From Phoronis australis (Eukaryota > Animalia > Phoronida), in contig NMRA01000279.1 of the NCBI GenBank assembly GCA_002633005.1, positions 321,233 through 385,232 on the forward strand: a DNA stretch of 64,000 nt, in the 5' to 3' direction. The notes under the pieces are model-generated. The model did no database searches. It had not been told where the DNA came from and saw nothing but the letters and a program-made list of their open reading frames with translations. Below are positions 1-13,570 of this stretch, one piece after another (the stretch's first letter is position 1; the number at the start of each line of letters is the position of its first letter). A program made the translations under genes and the position numbers.

Positions 1-2
1 TT

Positions 3-503
3 ACAAAATCGTTGTTTGTGAATTGCTCCGAAATCACAAAGCTTGTGGATTCCAGTCAGAAAGGAAGGAAAAAGTACAAATACGAAGAGATGGGGGAGGA
101 TGAAATAGCGTTTAAAATGGTAAGGACAAACATGTCGTCCGTTGTCGGACAGTTGGATGATATTCGAAAGAGTCCGCGTAAATTTATCTGTCTTAACGAC
201 AACATTGATCACAGGAGTGATCAAGCTCAGGTAGTGAAGAACGTTTTGCACGATTTCTACGAGTCGTTCTTCCCGACACCATCGCAGTTTGAACTTCTCC
301 CAGAGTACAGAAATAGGTATTTATACGTGGATGAGTTGCGCCAATGGCAGGCGTATAGGGGCATGTTGAAACTTTGCTTGAATGTGATGTTGTGTTTGCT
401 GGTGCTGTTCAGCTTGGCGTCGTACTTTGAGCGACACCTAGAGGGACTAAGACGGAAGGTGTTTGGGAGAAGGCGGCCCAGGCAGACAGCCATGACTGTG
501 TGA
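3..503 (+). CDS. GNPTAB: N-acetylglucosamine-1-phosphotransferase subunits alpha/beta, C-terminal part (gene begins upstream of window)
   Basis: Frame open from base 3 to TGA at 501-503. The peptide KYKYEEMGEDEIAFKMVRTNMSSVVGQLDDIRKSPRKFICLNDNIDH...DFYESFFPTPSQFEL..EYRNRYL closely matches the vertebrate GNPTAB C-terminus (Stealth CR4 motif KFxCLNDNID), followed by a transmembrane segment and basic cytosolic tail. Confidence 0.95.
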   Translation, partial: TKSLFVNCSEITKLVDSSQKGRKKYKYEEMGEDEIAFKMVRTNMSSVVGQLDDIRKSPRKFICLNDNIDHRSDQAQVVKNVLHDFYESFFPTPSQFELLPEYRNRYLYVDELRQWQAYRGMLKLCLNVMLCLLVLFSLASYFERHLEGLRRKVFGRRRPRQTAMTV

Positions 504-3500
504 CGGTGGGCAGCATTATGGAGAAATTACTTCAGGAGAACCCAGTAATTCATTGCTTCTACTGACGAGCTGCTGAACTTGCTTTTAAAATTAGACTAAG
601 GTTTTCGGTGAATGTTTTGATGGGCTGTTCAAGCTCCATGCTGTCAGCTTTTTAAATCATGCTTTGGGGTAGAACTTTTTGTGTAGGGGCAGAACTCTCA
701 GTTTTAGTTTTTGAATACAGCGAGGAAGTGTTCCTAATTACTGAATGATAAAACCATGAATGGTATGGAATGGGCTTGCACGATTTTTGCTTGTTTGAAG
801 TTTGCGATTTCGGGGACTTAATAAGGACCGCGTTTGACTTTAACTGTAAAACCACATATGAGTCATAACACCTACCAAAGCAGGGTATAGGCTGGATATT
901 TTCAACAAGCAAGCAACTAATTCAAATTTGGTACGAAATAGATCTCCTCACGGGGTATCTAATATGTTAGTGTATTAAGTGTTGCGGCCATGATTGTAAT
1001 ATGTTCTTGGTTTTGTCGTCGATCTCATCTTTAATTTTTTTTATTTATTTCACCAACTGTCGCTCTTCAGAGCGCTGTCATTTGATTTTTTTCCGTTTTT
1101 AAGTTTGTGTTTGCAGCTTTAATCACTTAATTGCCCAATTAAGACAGCCTGGATTTTTTAAAACTTACAATCCTCTGTACTACACAGTTTTTAGAGTGAG
1201 GAAATGAAAATAAGAGAAGTCCTTCACTAGTGACTGCATAGTAGTGTCGTTATGATTGACTACATTTAAAAATTATTTATTTTTTGTAAAGGTCTGTGGA
1301 ATTTTCTTATTACGATATCATTATAGATTGAAGCTTTTTGTCAGTCAGTGTTGTTAGTCTGCATAATGTTTGAATCTGGGTTTACCAGAAGAGATTTCTT
1401 TGTAATGCTATCAAGTTGTGTAGCCTTCTTTTTGTATATGGCTCTGAAAAAAGTGTAAATCAAGCAAACGTAATAATTAGTGCAATAATATGTACTGCCC
1501 TGAAACAGTCGGTACAGGTTTGATTATGGTGTACAACAAATTTGTAAGTATTGTGCGATCAAACCGCATTTTTAACGTTGATTACGAAAAATGTAATGTA
1601 GAAAATTTGAAGTTGTGCCAGAAAGCATTGTGTCTGGGTGCGTTTCAATAATGTGAGTTCATCAGTTGCTTCAACGTAGAGATTCATTTCAGTTTGAAGT
1701 GAGGGATTTTGGCTTGACCCAAATAGCACTGGGTAGGTTAGATGTGTTTTAGTTAGTGCAAACTGTAATGTAAAAGTTTCCAAAGGAATGTAGAGTCGAC
1801 CCCACCTGGTGACCAAGGCATCATGGGAAACTGGGAATTGACGGTTTTCAGGCATGGAAATGAAAACTCATGGAAAACTTCATTACGAAATAAATAGAAA
1901 ACTTCTCATGTAACAAATCATCTTCCCAGCGAACGCATTCAAGCTTGACATCTATCATTTGCCAAATTTCTCTACATCTTTTTGTGGGAAAAATCACCAA
2001 TCTAAAATGAAAATCAGAGAGTCGGGATCTCGCGGAAATAAAATTACAATGCACATAGGACCAATGCAGAATGCGAGTTGCAAAGTTGAAAATGTTGTCG
2101 ACGAGTGGAGAGTTATGAAAACCGTTCACAATTTTCCAATCTTGACCTTGTTGAAGAGTCGCCATCAATTCCTAACTTTGAATTACCTCGCAGACTTGAT
2201 AAACATTGTTATGTAAGCTCAAGTAGTATTTGTCAAGCTTGAACACTATTTGCCATGGATGTTAGGTTATGTGTACTATCACGGTAGTCATCACTGTATA
2301 GCAAACTTGCTTTTACATACTTCTTTTCGTTTGTTACTAATAGTTGTATAGTGAGTCAACTTCAAAAAGTTGGGTGGGGATACGGTGTCTTTCTACCCCC
2401 ATGAAATAGGAACGTTGATATAGGGATGTGCCTGTAGTCACAACCAGCACATATGTACAGACTAGTCTGAATGTGGTTTAGTAAACAATCTTTGTAAATT
2501 AATGGTTAAGTTTTGGGAGAACTTCTCTGAAACTCTGAGCAAATCATGTTGTGATTTATAATCGTATATTTTGTACAACATTCCATTGAAATAACAAGTT
2601 ATTAAAAAAAAGACATATTGTGTGTTTATGTCTAACATTAACACACGTGCACTCTACTTAACATATCGACAAAAGACTAATTGTCCAACAATACATGTTG
2701 ATCCATGCCCAGTGCAATATTACTTTCTATAGGTGGGTACACCATTCCCAGATTTAACACAGAATTCATGGTCGTATCTCGTTTTGGACCATTAGTGATG
2801 AAACGTAATGAGCAGGTTATTAGTGTGTCCTGTTATAGAACAAAAGGCATACACTTGGTACACATACTTTAACATGTTGCATAACACGAAATTTAACGAC
2901 GACAACCTGCAACATTTCCTTTAAAAATCAAACTGCAGGCAATGTTTGCAAACGTTTCCAACTAAATTGTGACCTCACAGGCCATAGCTATAGAAATACC
3001 TTTGCCACAGCATTCAACTTCCATAAGTCATCGCTTTTGGTAGTCTATTAAAGCCTTCCTTCAATGGAATTCATTTAATTTTGAATACAAGCATAAGGCA
3101 ACCCAGTCATATAGTCCCAGCAATACATTAGCCAGACAACAAAACATCTAATCACTCAAACGCATGTTCATCAAATGATAGTGAAGTAACCTTTCCTTGC
3201 ACATGTTATCACCTCAAGACTACAAAACTAAGTGTCTAAATGCGAGATCGCAATTCCACAAACGATGAAGCATTGAAGAGATACAAAAGGTGAGAGTCGC
3301 TACAACTCGCACTGCTTTCACTGAGACACTCTCACCTAGACGGATTTAGAAGGTGATGCCCTTCTGGATCCAAAAGAAAAAGCACCGCTGGCTTGCCATT
3401 TTTAGCAGTGACACAAAATGTTTTTCCCCTCGAAAATTGCATATCAGCCCCGTTGTATCACTGACTAGTCTTGAATGGTCCACACATTACTGCACATCAA

Positions 3501-3534
3501 CAGTCATAGACCCTTCCATAAAGTTGTAAAAACA

Positions 3535-3540
3535 TTTATT
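3535..3540 (-). terminator. Candidate polyadenylation signal (AATAAA) of the HIGD1A-like gene
   Basis: TTTATT on + strand (AATAAA on -) about 60 nt downstream of the HIGD1 stop codon at 3601. Confidence 0.4.
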
Positions 3541-3600
3541 TTCAATAACTTAATGTTACTAATCTATCGGCACTGACAACTGTCCACATGTACTTGTGTT

Positions 3601-6600
3601 TTATGTAGATCCGTCCGTGGAGTTCTTCAATTCTAAGTTCCTTTGTCTCTTTTTCAGCATCTCCGAGACTAGCTTGTACCCAATGCCCAGCGTGATTGCA
3701 CCAACTACCATGCCTTGTGCAGTGACACGCAACTGCATTAAATAGACGGACGTCGACATCCCGCCCCTATTCTTGTACTGGTATGCCCCGACCCCCAGGG
3801 CACCAAGTAGGCCAGCAATGCCTGTAACAATACAACAGAAATGACAACAATATGGAAACAACACATGACTGGTGTAAGCAAATTTATTTTTCAATTCCTG
3901 TCAGTGACACTGAACAAACTGTAAATGTACAGTGTCATTTTTTTCAAATCACCCAAGACCTCTGGGCCACAATTAATAATGTAATAGCCATTCAACTGCC
4001 GTGATCACAACAAAGCAACAACCCTCTTTATCAAAACCACACTTATTGCTGAAAACCTGCATCATAAACATTAAGTGTGAACATGGTGGACACTGTTCTT
4101 CATCCAAGTGAATTAACATAAATTATGTCAAAAATGATTACTTAAGGAACCTATAGTAAAATAGTTTACCCAACAATGAAAAGCAACTATTATAACTCTG
4201 AACACTGAAAAATACCAAATGCTTGACATCAGTTTAATGGGAATATGGGGATTAACTATACGTACCAATTCACAAACAACACAAAAAAGGGACAGAAATG
4301 GTAACAAGTGTGGCCAAATGGTGTCACTACATGTTTGGGCATCATAAGTTAGCTACTTTAACTATGACAGCAACAACAGCATAACTGCCAGGGTAACCAT
4401 TACAACTCAATAATTCATTAACAGAGAGCTTGTTTGGATACCACAACAATGCAGGGTACTTGAACTGTAGATAGACTTCCACCTAGTTTCAGAAGTGCTG
4501 TCTATTGGTGATAACTGACTCAAATAAGACCTGATACATGAAGGCCGCAATTGTTAATTTCATAAAACTTCCCATTTACTAACTACTTTTGTCATTTCAA
4601 AAGGTACGGCTAGAAATCTGATTTATATTTGATGTTGAACTCGATCAATACTTGCAATTCACCTTTTGAGTGCAAAACGAACTTTGACCCTTAACACGAA
4701 TGACTCACATTTTAATCACCATATTGAAAAATGTCCTGAAGTCCATCGGAATACGGTAAAATGTAACCAATTTCAGACAAAAATAATTGCTGAAGTTGTC
4801 TTTTTCTCATTTTTTCAAGGGCTTCTATTATTGTTGCAAGTGCCCACAGTTTCCCAAAACATTGTTTGGTAGTAGCTATGGAGCAGAAGTTGAACACAGA
4901 ATAAAATGCTTTGGTGCTGCCTATCTTTCATTGAAAAATAAGAAAATAAAAGTTCACTCGTCGGTATTTTTCACGATAAAAAGAATAAATTTCCCTTGTT
5001 GGCCATATTGTGACTTAAATTGGTGTGGTTTTACGGTATTTGATTAGGCCTATTAATTTTACCATTTGTCCTAGAACTCCTACATGCTAGACATGCCCAG
5101 CCAATCTGTTACATCATTGATGTGTCAATCATTAACCATCATTGGTCTTATCAAAACCAAGCCAGTCTGCTGAGTGATAAAATGATATGCATCAGTCGCG
5201 TGATGGAGTTTTTGTCCAAGTGTTCAAATTCAGAGGAGTAAGCCAAAGAAAGCACTTGTCATCAATTTGGGACAAACACAATTGCTAGCCTTGTAATTTT
5301 TCAAATTTTCAAAAGTTTAGGGTAAAAATTTTCAGCTTGGGGCAGTGAAAAAAATTACTTTGCTCAAGGTCAGACATGTACCAAAATTTAGAGATGCAGG
5401 TAGACAGCACTGGCTGTTCCAAATTTAAGAATTATAACAAACAACAAACAATCAACAAACAAGAGATGGCTGGAGATGTCCAAATCACATGGTGTTGCAA
5501 AATATGAACAATATCTAAAGTTTTGTTGGGACATAACTCCAACATTTTCCATGTCAAACCTCAATTTCTCGCTGAGACCTTAAAAAAATATATCAAAGTC
5601 ACTGAAATCATGGAGATGTCCCACCTGCTGTCGTGCACAAAATATGAGCAAAAGTGTAGAGCATAGTACTTGCGAAATCCTGCTAACAACATTGCATGAT
5701 GTTCGGATGGACGCTCGTAAATATGCCCGTCTCCCCTTGATAATGCTCACTGGGGAACAAAGGTTTAACATATGGGCAAATCACACTTATCTAACTTAAT
5801 CTTGACACAGCTTGGTGTCTTGCTATTTCACAATTATCAGTGTTCTCCACAACAGAAAATTCAAACTCGAGTGAAATTACAAAATCTATGTAATTTGCTC
5901 AAAAATCCAGCTGTTCATACTGTGGAGAATTTGTATGTGTTGAGTCTTGGAATAAACGCATTGACCTGCTTCCAAAAATCCAATAATGTTCTAGTTTGGT
6001 TAAGAAATGACTAACCGTCCACTACTTCAAACTCGTTGCATAAAAACAACTCAAATTCTAAAAAAGTAAGCTAAACTCATCACGATAAAATTCAAACTCG
6101 ATGCAATGACAAGTCAAAACCGATTGTGGATGACACTGATTATACATTATGCATTTACTCAAACAAGGAAACTGAAACCAAAAGACAGAAACACCATTGG
6201 CAGAAAGGAGTGTCAATTTTTCCTGGAAAAACTACACAAGGTGTCAGATGACAAGCAAAAATAAAGATAATGAAAGGATTTGTCTCTGATGCAAAAACAA
6301 CAATTTCCTGGCTCAATTTTCAACCAGACAGTTTTTCTTGGCGTACACATAACATTATGGATAGATACAGCATCCCAGCAGGTTGCTATTGTTCGAGAAT
6401 ATAAGGGAACAGGACACATTCAATGTTCATGACCCAGTTTTTCAGATATTCTCAAACTCATCCACAAGAGCTTTGCTTGTTTGTCTGTTGTTCATTTCCA
6501 TCAGGTGTCTGGCAACACTGAATGTTCATGTCCCATAGGAGTTCAAAAATGGTTTTAAGGTCAATTCAAAAACCATAGACACTCTACAAATACGGACCAA

Positions 6601-6882
6601 TCTCAAGGGTAATATCAAGTATATGGATCGAGCTTGGAAAACAATTGCTCACCCGACATCCCTACGATCCCAGATATAGGATTTCTAAGATATGACAGCA
6701 GACGAAACCATGTGATAAATATAGAACATATTGCTTAAAGCTAGTTATGAGTACGTACCTATTGGTACAAATGGTGCCTCTTTGAACTTCCTAGTAAATT
6801 TCTCTGACGTAGTTTCCCCACTGTAGTTTGCGACTGAGCCACTGGTAGCAGACATTGTGTTTTTGCTAGTATCACTGTTCAT
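3601..6882 (-). CDS. HIGD1A: HIG1 domain family member 1A-like mitochondrial inner-membrane protein (114 aa, 2 coding exons)
   Basis: Coding exons 6882-6759 (MNSDTSKNTMSATSGSVANYSGETTSEKFTRKFKEAPFVPI, donor G|gtacgt) and 3821-3601 (acceptor ttacag|; GIAGLLGALGVGAYQYKNRGGMSTSVYLMQLRVTAQGMVVGAITLG...). Phase-1 junction is consistent; K.KEAPFVP.G and MQLRV.AQG.VVGA are HIG1 signature motifs. Confidence 0.9.
5458..5761 (-). mobile_element. Non-autonomous Helentron/HINE-like element
   Basis: On - strand ends in CTCTTGTT like elements at 20659-21478 and 35060-35474; carries a degenerate (GACG/GATG) microsatellite near 5704-5716 and a CCCC..GGGG hairpin near 5733-5755. Confidence 0.4.
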
Positions 6883-6960
6883 TCTGAAAAATTACAAAAT
6901 AATTAAGAAGTTCTCTTCAAAGTTCACTCCAGGAACAATTGTATCAATAGATGCATGCAT

Positions 6961-7010
6961 ACCATAAGAACAACAGACCATAAGAACAACAGACCAGAAC
7001 AACAACAAGC
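6961..7010. repeat. 16-bp minisatellite (ACCATAAGAACAACAG)n
   Basis: 2-3 units here; longer array at 11319-11450. Confidence 0.8.
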
Positions 7011-8944
7011 ACAACCACATCTACAAGAAAACAACGAAATGTGTAATACAAAACAACAGAAACATTCATTGCAATCATTCTCCATGACTATAGACACATT
7101 ATCATTTCAAGCAGGTTTAGCACTGAGAAGATAAAATATCTGCTGATGATAATTGAAGCAGGAAGACCAATTAAACCAAAACTTTGGCTAACATCAAAGC
7201 TACAGCTGCAAACACACGTTTTCATGAGCAAAGAAACAAACTCGATATATAGCTCTAGTCTGGGTTTCTGCTCAGGGCGATCAAATTCTGGATCTCAAAA
7301 ACCAGAGGGTGGCGATAAAGTTGAATAAAAACCATTTTTGAGGATGAGTGTAGAAGCTTCATCGAGTGGTCGATTGCCAATGTCGAACTTCAAATGCAAG
7401 AGTCGAATAAAAGCTGGGAAGACCATGCATAATGAATAGTAATACGAGTACCATAGTAGACTCCTCTGAAACTGTCCGATCATAACTCAAAGGTATGAGA
7501 GTTCAACTGATTTGCATATTATATGTTGCCAAGAGCCATAAACAAAATGTTGAAACACCATATCATAGTCATAACAAAGGTGAAGGAAAACTGTTATCAC
7601 ATGTATGGTTCCAGGTGTGACATAAAGTTGAATTTAAGCCTAAATCACGTGACAATCATAGGCGGACTTAGGGGGGGCGGGGGCNAGCGTTAGGAAATAT
7701 TGAGTTTACTAACTCTGGTAATGACATGACGAAGCAGCTGAAACAAGGTGTAGGAAGCGCCCCCCCCCTTTTTTTTAGTTGTGCGGTTGCATTTCAGCAA
7801 GGAGGTTCACAGTCTGAGAACTCCAAGCCCTCCTTCATTTCTGGGTGCGCGCATGCAATCGTGCTTTACGCGATTGCCCGAGACAGAGTACTGGGCCCCA
7901 CTTTATTGTATATCCTAGATCTATCACTGGCAATGGCCAGTTGCCTATTGGCTCATTGCTTTGGATTTTAACTGCCTTGCACGCAGCCCAAGTTCAATTT
8001 CCAGTGTCGTGGGAAATGCTATCTATAACTGAATGACATTTTGCACGTGCAGATTGAAGACGATAATAACGAGGGGACTAGTGCACCAGGCCATTCTCTC
8101 ACTACAGTCTGACTTTATATTCCATGGCTACAACATGAATTCAAGCCAGTGGCTTGTATGAAATGTTTTTTCAATCCCTGAATCAGTTAAAGCAGACAAT
8201 ATCAAAACACTTCCAAGATACAACCCTTTCTTGAAAGACATTTTTAGGGATTAATAAAAGCAATACTGAATTTGGTTTAGAGGAATCCTGGAACACGCAA
8301 TTTCCAGTTCTTGCAAAGGTTCCCCGGCAAGTGAAATAAGGTTTACAGTCCTCACTACATTTGTTTCATGAAAAAAGTGGACGGGGCCCTTATTTCACGG
8401 CAAGTCTATGTCGGGCCAATGAATAGGCCGCTTGGCTCTCACCTCTGCAGCCCAGATTCAATACACATCATCAGCAGAGGAATTTTCTACAAGGGTACTT
8501 GACGCATACTATTTCCAGGGTACAGAATGTCTTTGACACCACCAGGTGGCAGTGAACATGTGGATTTCTCTTCAGAACATCAAAAATTGCAATCTTTTTG
8601 CAAACATTTGGTTGGCAAATTTGTCAAGCGGCAGCCAAGCGGTGTTGTGACTTCCGGGTGTGAAATTCAGCCAGATAAAGTCTCTCTAAAGAGCTTGCTA
8701 AGTGGCAATTGCCTCTTGGCTGAATAGTTTGGATGCTGAGCTCTCATGCGGTAAACTCTGGTTCAAATCTCAGTTGTTAGCAGAATTTTCTACAATGACA
8801 CCAAACAATAGTAGAACCCATGACCAGACAGAATGTCAGCACTCTTCTTGGGGCAGTTTGGAGTCACGCTTCACTGGGCTTCAGTATCTGCAGTAGAAAC
8901 CCAGACCAGAAACGTGGTGGACCTGAGGGAGCAGGCAGCATGCT

Positions 8945-9208
8945 CATGCGCGCAACCAGGCAGGGCTCGGGGGCTCGAATGAGACCCCATTTGGCGAGAT
9001 GGACAAAAAGGTCCGCCTCAGAGATACAAAAAGTCAGAGAAAAGGAGACAAAAAGTCCACTGAAATTGTGCAAACGCACAATTCACAGCTCTGGATGTGG
9101 TACAGTGGCACCCTGCTTTTTTTAGTCCTTCGGCTTTTTTGTCGGTAAAAGGTCCACACCGTCAGAACTTCGAGCCCCCCTGCTTATTGAAGGCTGGGTG
9201 CGCGGATG
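8945..9208. mobile_element. hAT-like MITE (copy 1)
   Basis: Imperfect TIR CATGCGCGCAACCAG / CTGGGTGCGCGGATG; flanks ATGCT / ACGCT; duplicate at 13307-13570 has a perfect 5-bp ACGCT TSD. Confidence 0.55.
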
Positions 9209-9974
9209 ACGCTTGATCAGTAGCCGCAGAAGAGAGAAGACTGCTGTGACATGTGACTTCCAGATATGACATTCAGCCAGATAAAACCTCTATAAATGCC
9301 AAGTGGCAATTGCCTCTTGGTTGTGAATCGTTTAGACGTTCGGCTCTCACACATGTATAACCCGTAGGCATAGGCTCAAGTCCCAGAGTTACTGAAATTT
9401 TCTACACAACAGTGACAGTCAGAGGGAACCAGTAATAGTCTTCTGATTCAATCTGATTGACTTTTGTCAGCTGAATACCTGGAGACATGGAATCAGCGGA
9501 TTTTGACCCAATTTGACCATGAACATATTAAGTCTAAATCATGAGTGTGGTTATGATGACAGACAGAAAACTAGGTCGTGGACACTTCATGAATATCTTC
9601 ATATTATTACATAACTTGATTTCAAAGACAAACACACCAACCTGAGTTATATTCAAGGGACGTATTGCTGCAAATAATAGAAAAAATGTTAGATCGCCGA
9701 CCAAAGAATATTGTTCTTACCAGAGATTGATTGATAGACTACCTACTCACTCTATTGAGTCTATTCAGTGACCAATGACCGGGCAGGCGTCGGGTCACTC
9801 GGCTGTCACTGTCCAGTTTCTAAATTATGTCATCATCTTGGCGGAAAACCACTATTTGTCTCAGAATAACACGTTAGCTGGTTAGTGAAAACAGGCAGAA
9901 AAAGAGCAGATGTCGAGGAAAAACTCATGATGAAACCTTGTAAATCAGATTAATAGAAAGAATCGCGTCCTTAC

Positions 9975-10101
9975 CATTCAAGAACCAAATTCAGACTGCG
10001 GACCGATCAGCTGGAGTCTAGAACACAAGAATCACGTTGACCGTGCCTGCTTTGACCTTTATGAAACCTTTTCGTGACGTCAAAGACAACTTATGACGCA
10101 A
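9975..10101 (-). promoter_or_regulatory. Candidate promoter and non-coding first exon of the HIGD1A-like gene (duplicated at about 14322-14441)
   Basis: Minus-strand donor ATG|gtaagg at 9975/9974; CpG-rich; perfect CRE TGACGTCA at 10075-10082, TGACGCAA near 10094-10101, TGACCT half-sites. The first coding exon has a splice acceptor one base before its ATG, so an upstream non-coding exon must exist. Confidence 0.4.
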
Positions 10102-10627
10102 CATTGACCTGTTTAACGAAATTGCCATGCCAGTATTGCAATAGTAAATTAATAATATTAAATTAATATTATGCAGGCATTGAGAGACACGTTGAATATT
10201 GGTGTTTTCTCAAACAAGTTTTCAGAAAGTTCGAAACTTTCATTGTAAATTTTGTACCATACATCAACTTCCGTTAAGGTCATGTGATATTATGCTTTCG
10301 TACGAAACTGATCAGCTACAAAAACGACCACATAGGTGTAATTTTCTTGGTATCGCCAATGTATATCGATAATTAAATCCAATGAGCTTGTCAGAAGTAT
10401 TTATATCAGTCAGGTAAGTAAACGTGGACTCTAATATCAGTAAAAATTCACCGTGTTCAAAGTCAGTCTCGAACCTGATAGAGATGCCGGTGTGATACAC
10501 AGATAGACTCATAGTGTACCTAATTATCGGACGGACCCTAAATATCGGACATTTCATAAAATCTTACTTGAAGAATAATCTGTGGTAATTGTTTACAATA
10601 TGATGGCATTGACCTACACACATGATT

Positions 10628-11057
10628 ACTCGGCGGAATTCTTCGAATTCCGACAAGTATGTTGCTCTGTCGTCAAGTTTTTTTTTTTTTGTTCGCACTC
10701 TACAGGTTGCAATTTTCGTCCGATTTTCACGAAATTTGCACACAACGTGTAGATCGGAAAGTCCTGGAAGCCTATTGTTTTTGGTCATAATCGGATACAA
10801 AATGGCGGACGTGGCGGCCATTTTGCATCCGATTTCACAGTCAAATGCTTGTAGAGGCCGCACTTTTCGACCTACATGGCTGAAAATCGGTACGAATATA
10901 CTAGAACGCATGTGCTACAATTGTGCAGAAAATTGTTGACTTCCGGTTAAAGATGGCGGAAATATTGGACGTGGCGCATGCGCACCCCGAAATATGGCTA
11001 AAAACGTTTTCTCCTGTAGAGGGCGCAATTGCAAACCAATCACTTTCAAACTGGTCA
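10628..11057 (+). mobile_element. Helentron/HINE-like insertion present only in duplicate copy 1 (truncated by gap)
   Basis: Sequence diverges from copy 2 right after CATGATT; starts with perfect hairpin CGGAATTC-TTC-GAATTCCG (10634-10652) followed by internal repeats containing AAAATGGCGG..GACGTGGCG. Confidence 0.55.
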
Positions 11058-11318
11058 NNNNNNNNNNNNNNNNNNNNNNNNNNNNNNNNNNNNNNNNNNN
11101 NNNNNNNNNNNNNNNNNNNNNNNNNNNNNNNNNNNNNNNNNNNNNNNNNNNNNNNNNNNNNNNNNNNNNNNNNNNNNNNNNNNNNNNNNNNNNNNNNNNN
11201 NNNNNNNNNNNNNNNNNNNNNNNNNNNNNNNNNNNNNNNNNNNNNNNNNNNNNNNNNNNNNNNNNNNNNNNNNNNNNNNNNNNNNNNNNNNNNNNNNNNN
11301 NNNNNNNNNNNNNNNNNN
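11058..11318. other. Assembly gap (run of N)
   Basis: N bases; single N also at 7685, 25463 and 27056. Confidence 0.99.
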
Positions 11319-11450
11319 AACAACAGACCATAAGAACAACAGACCATAATAACAACAGAGCATAATAACAACAGAGCATAATAACAACAGACCATAAGAA
11401 CAACAGACCATAAGAACAACAGACCATAAGAACAACAGACCAGAACAACA
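11319..11450. repeat. 16-bp minisatellite (ACCATAAGAACAACAG)n
   Basis: About 8 units abutting the gap. Confidence 0.85.
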
Positions 11451-13306
11451 ACAAGCACAACCACATCTACAAGAAAACAACGAAATGTGTCATACAAAAC
11501 AACCAAAACATTCATTGCAATCATTCTCCATGACTATTATATAGACACATTATCATCTCAAGCAGGTTTAGCACTGAGAAGATAAAATATCTGCTGATGA
11601 TAATTGAAGCAGGAAGACCAGTTAAACCAAAACTTTGGCTAACATCAAAGCTACAGCTGCAAACACACGTTTTCATGAACAAAGAAACAAACTCGATACA
11701 TTGCTCTAGATTGGGTTTCTGGTCAAGGCGATCAAATTCTGGATCTCAAAAACCAGGGGGAGGGGATAAAGTTGAATAAAAACCATTTTTGAGGATGAGT
11801 GTATAAGCTTCCTCGAGTGGTCGATCGCCAATGTCGAACTTCAAATGCAAGAGTCGAATAAAAGCTGGGAAGATCATGCATAATGAATAGTAATACGAGT
11901 ACCATAGTAGACTCCTATGAAACTGTCCAATCATAACTCAGAGGTATGAGAGTTCAACTGATTTGCATATTATATGTGGTCAAGAGCCATAAACAAAATG
12001 TTGAAACACCATATCATAGTCATAACAAAGGTGAAGGAAAACTGTTATCACAGGTACGGTTCCAGGTGTGACATAAAGTTGAATTTAAAGCCTAAATCAC
12101 GTGGCAATCACAGGCGGATTTAGGGGGGGGGGGTTAGTCCTGCGGTTGCATTTCAGCAAGGAGGTCCACAATCTGTGAAGTCCAAGCCTTCCTTCATTTC
12201 TGGGTGTGCGCATGCAATCGTGCTTTACGCGATTGCCCGAGACAGAGTGATGGGCCCCCCTTATGGTATCCTAGATCTACCACTGGAAATGGCCAGTTGC
12301 CTATTGGCTCATTGCTTTGGATTTTAATTGCCTTGCACGCAGCCCAAGTTCAATTTCCAGTGTCGCGGGAAATGCTATCTATAACTGAATGACCTTTTGC
12401 ACGTGCAGATTGAAGACGATAATGACGTGGGGACTACAGCACCAGGCCATTCTCTCACTACAGTCGGACTTTATATTCCATAGCTACAACATGAATTCTA
12501 GCCAGTGGCTTGTATGAAATGTTTTTTCAATCCCTAAGTCAGTCAAAGCAGACAACATCAAAACACTTCCAAGATACAACCCTTTCTTGAAAGACATTTT
12601 TAGTAGGGATTAATAAAAGCAATGCTGAATTTGGTTTAGAGGAATCCTGGAACACGCAATTTCCAGTTCTTGCAAAGGTTTCCCGGCAAGTGAAATAAGG
12701 TTTACAGTCCCCACTTCATTTGTTTCATGAAAAAAATTGGATGGGGCTCTTATTTCACGGCAAGTCTTATGTCGTGCCAATGAATAGGCCGCTTAGCTCT
12801 CACCTCTGCACCCCAGATTCAATACAAACCATCAGCAAAGGACTTTTCTACAAGGGTACTTGACGCATACTATTTCCAGGGTACAGAATTTCCTGTGACA
12901 CCGCCAGGTGGCAGTGAACATGTATATTTTTCTTCAGAACATCAACAAATTGCAATATTTTTGCAAACATTTGGTTGAATTTGTCAAGCGGGAGCCAAGA
13001 GGTGTTGTGACTTCCGGGTGTAAAATTCAGCCAGATAAAGTCACTCTCTAAATCGCTTGCTAATTGGCAATTGCTTCTTGGCTGAATAGTTTGGATGCTG
13101 AGCTCTCATGCGGGAAACCCTGGTTCAAATCTCAGTTGTTAGCAGAATTTTCTACGTTGAAACCCAACAATTGTAGAACCCATGACCAGACAGAATGTCA
13201 GCACTCTTCCCGGGGCAGTTCGAAGTCACGCTTCACCAGGCTTCAGCATCTGCAGTGGAAACCCAGACCAGAAACGTGATGGACCTGAGGGAGCAGGCAG
13301 CACGCT

Positions 13307-13570
13307 CATGTGCGCAACCAGGCAGGGCTCGGGGGCTCGAATGAGACCCCATTTGGCGTGGTGGACAAAAAGGTCCGCCTCAGAGAAACAAAAAGTCAGA
13401 GAAAAGGAGTCAAGAATTCCACAGAAATTGTACAAACGCACAATTCACAGCTCTGGACGTGGTACGGTGGCACCCCGTTTTTTTTAGTCCTTCGGCTTTT
13501 TTGTCGGTAAAAGGTCCACACCGTCGGAACTTCGAGCCCCCCTGCATACTGAAGGCTGGGTGCGCAGATG
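13307..13570. mobile_element. hAT-like MITE with 5-bp TSD (copy 2)
   Basis: TIR CATGTGCGCAACCAG / CTGGGTGCGCAGATG; ACGCT at 13302-13306 and 13571-13575. Confidence 0.6.

Noticed and set aside
7146-9125. ORFs apparently conserved in two copies (7146/11597, 7845/12204, 8820/13182)
   Set aside because: Conservation only reflects the near-identical duplication; no recognisable protein, and 8820-9125 runs through a MITE.
10901-11524. Long ORFs spanning 10.9-11.5 kb
   Set aside because: Artefacts of the N gap and the 16-bp minisatellite.
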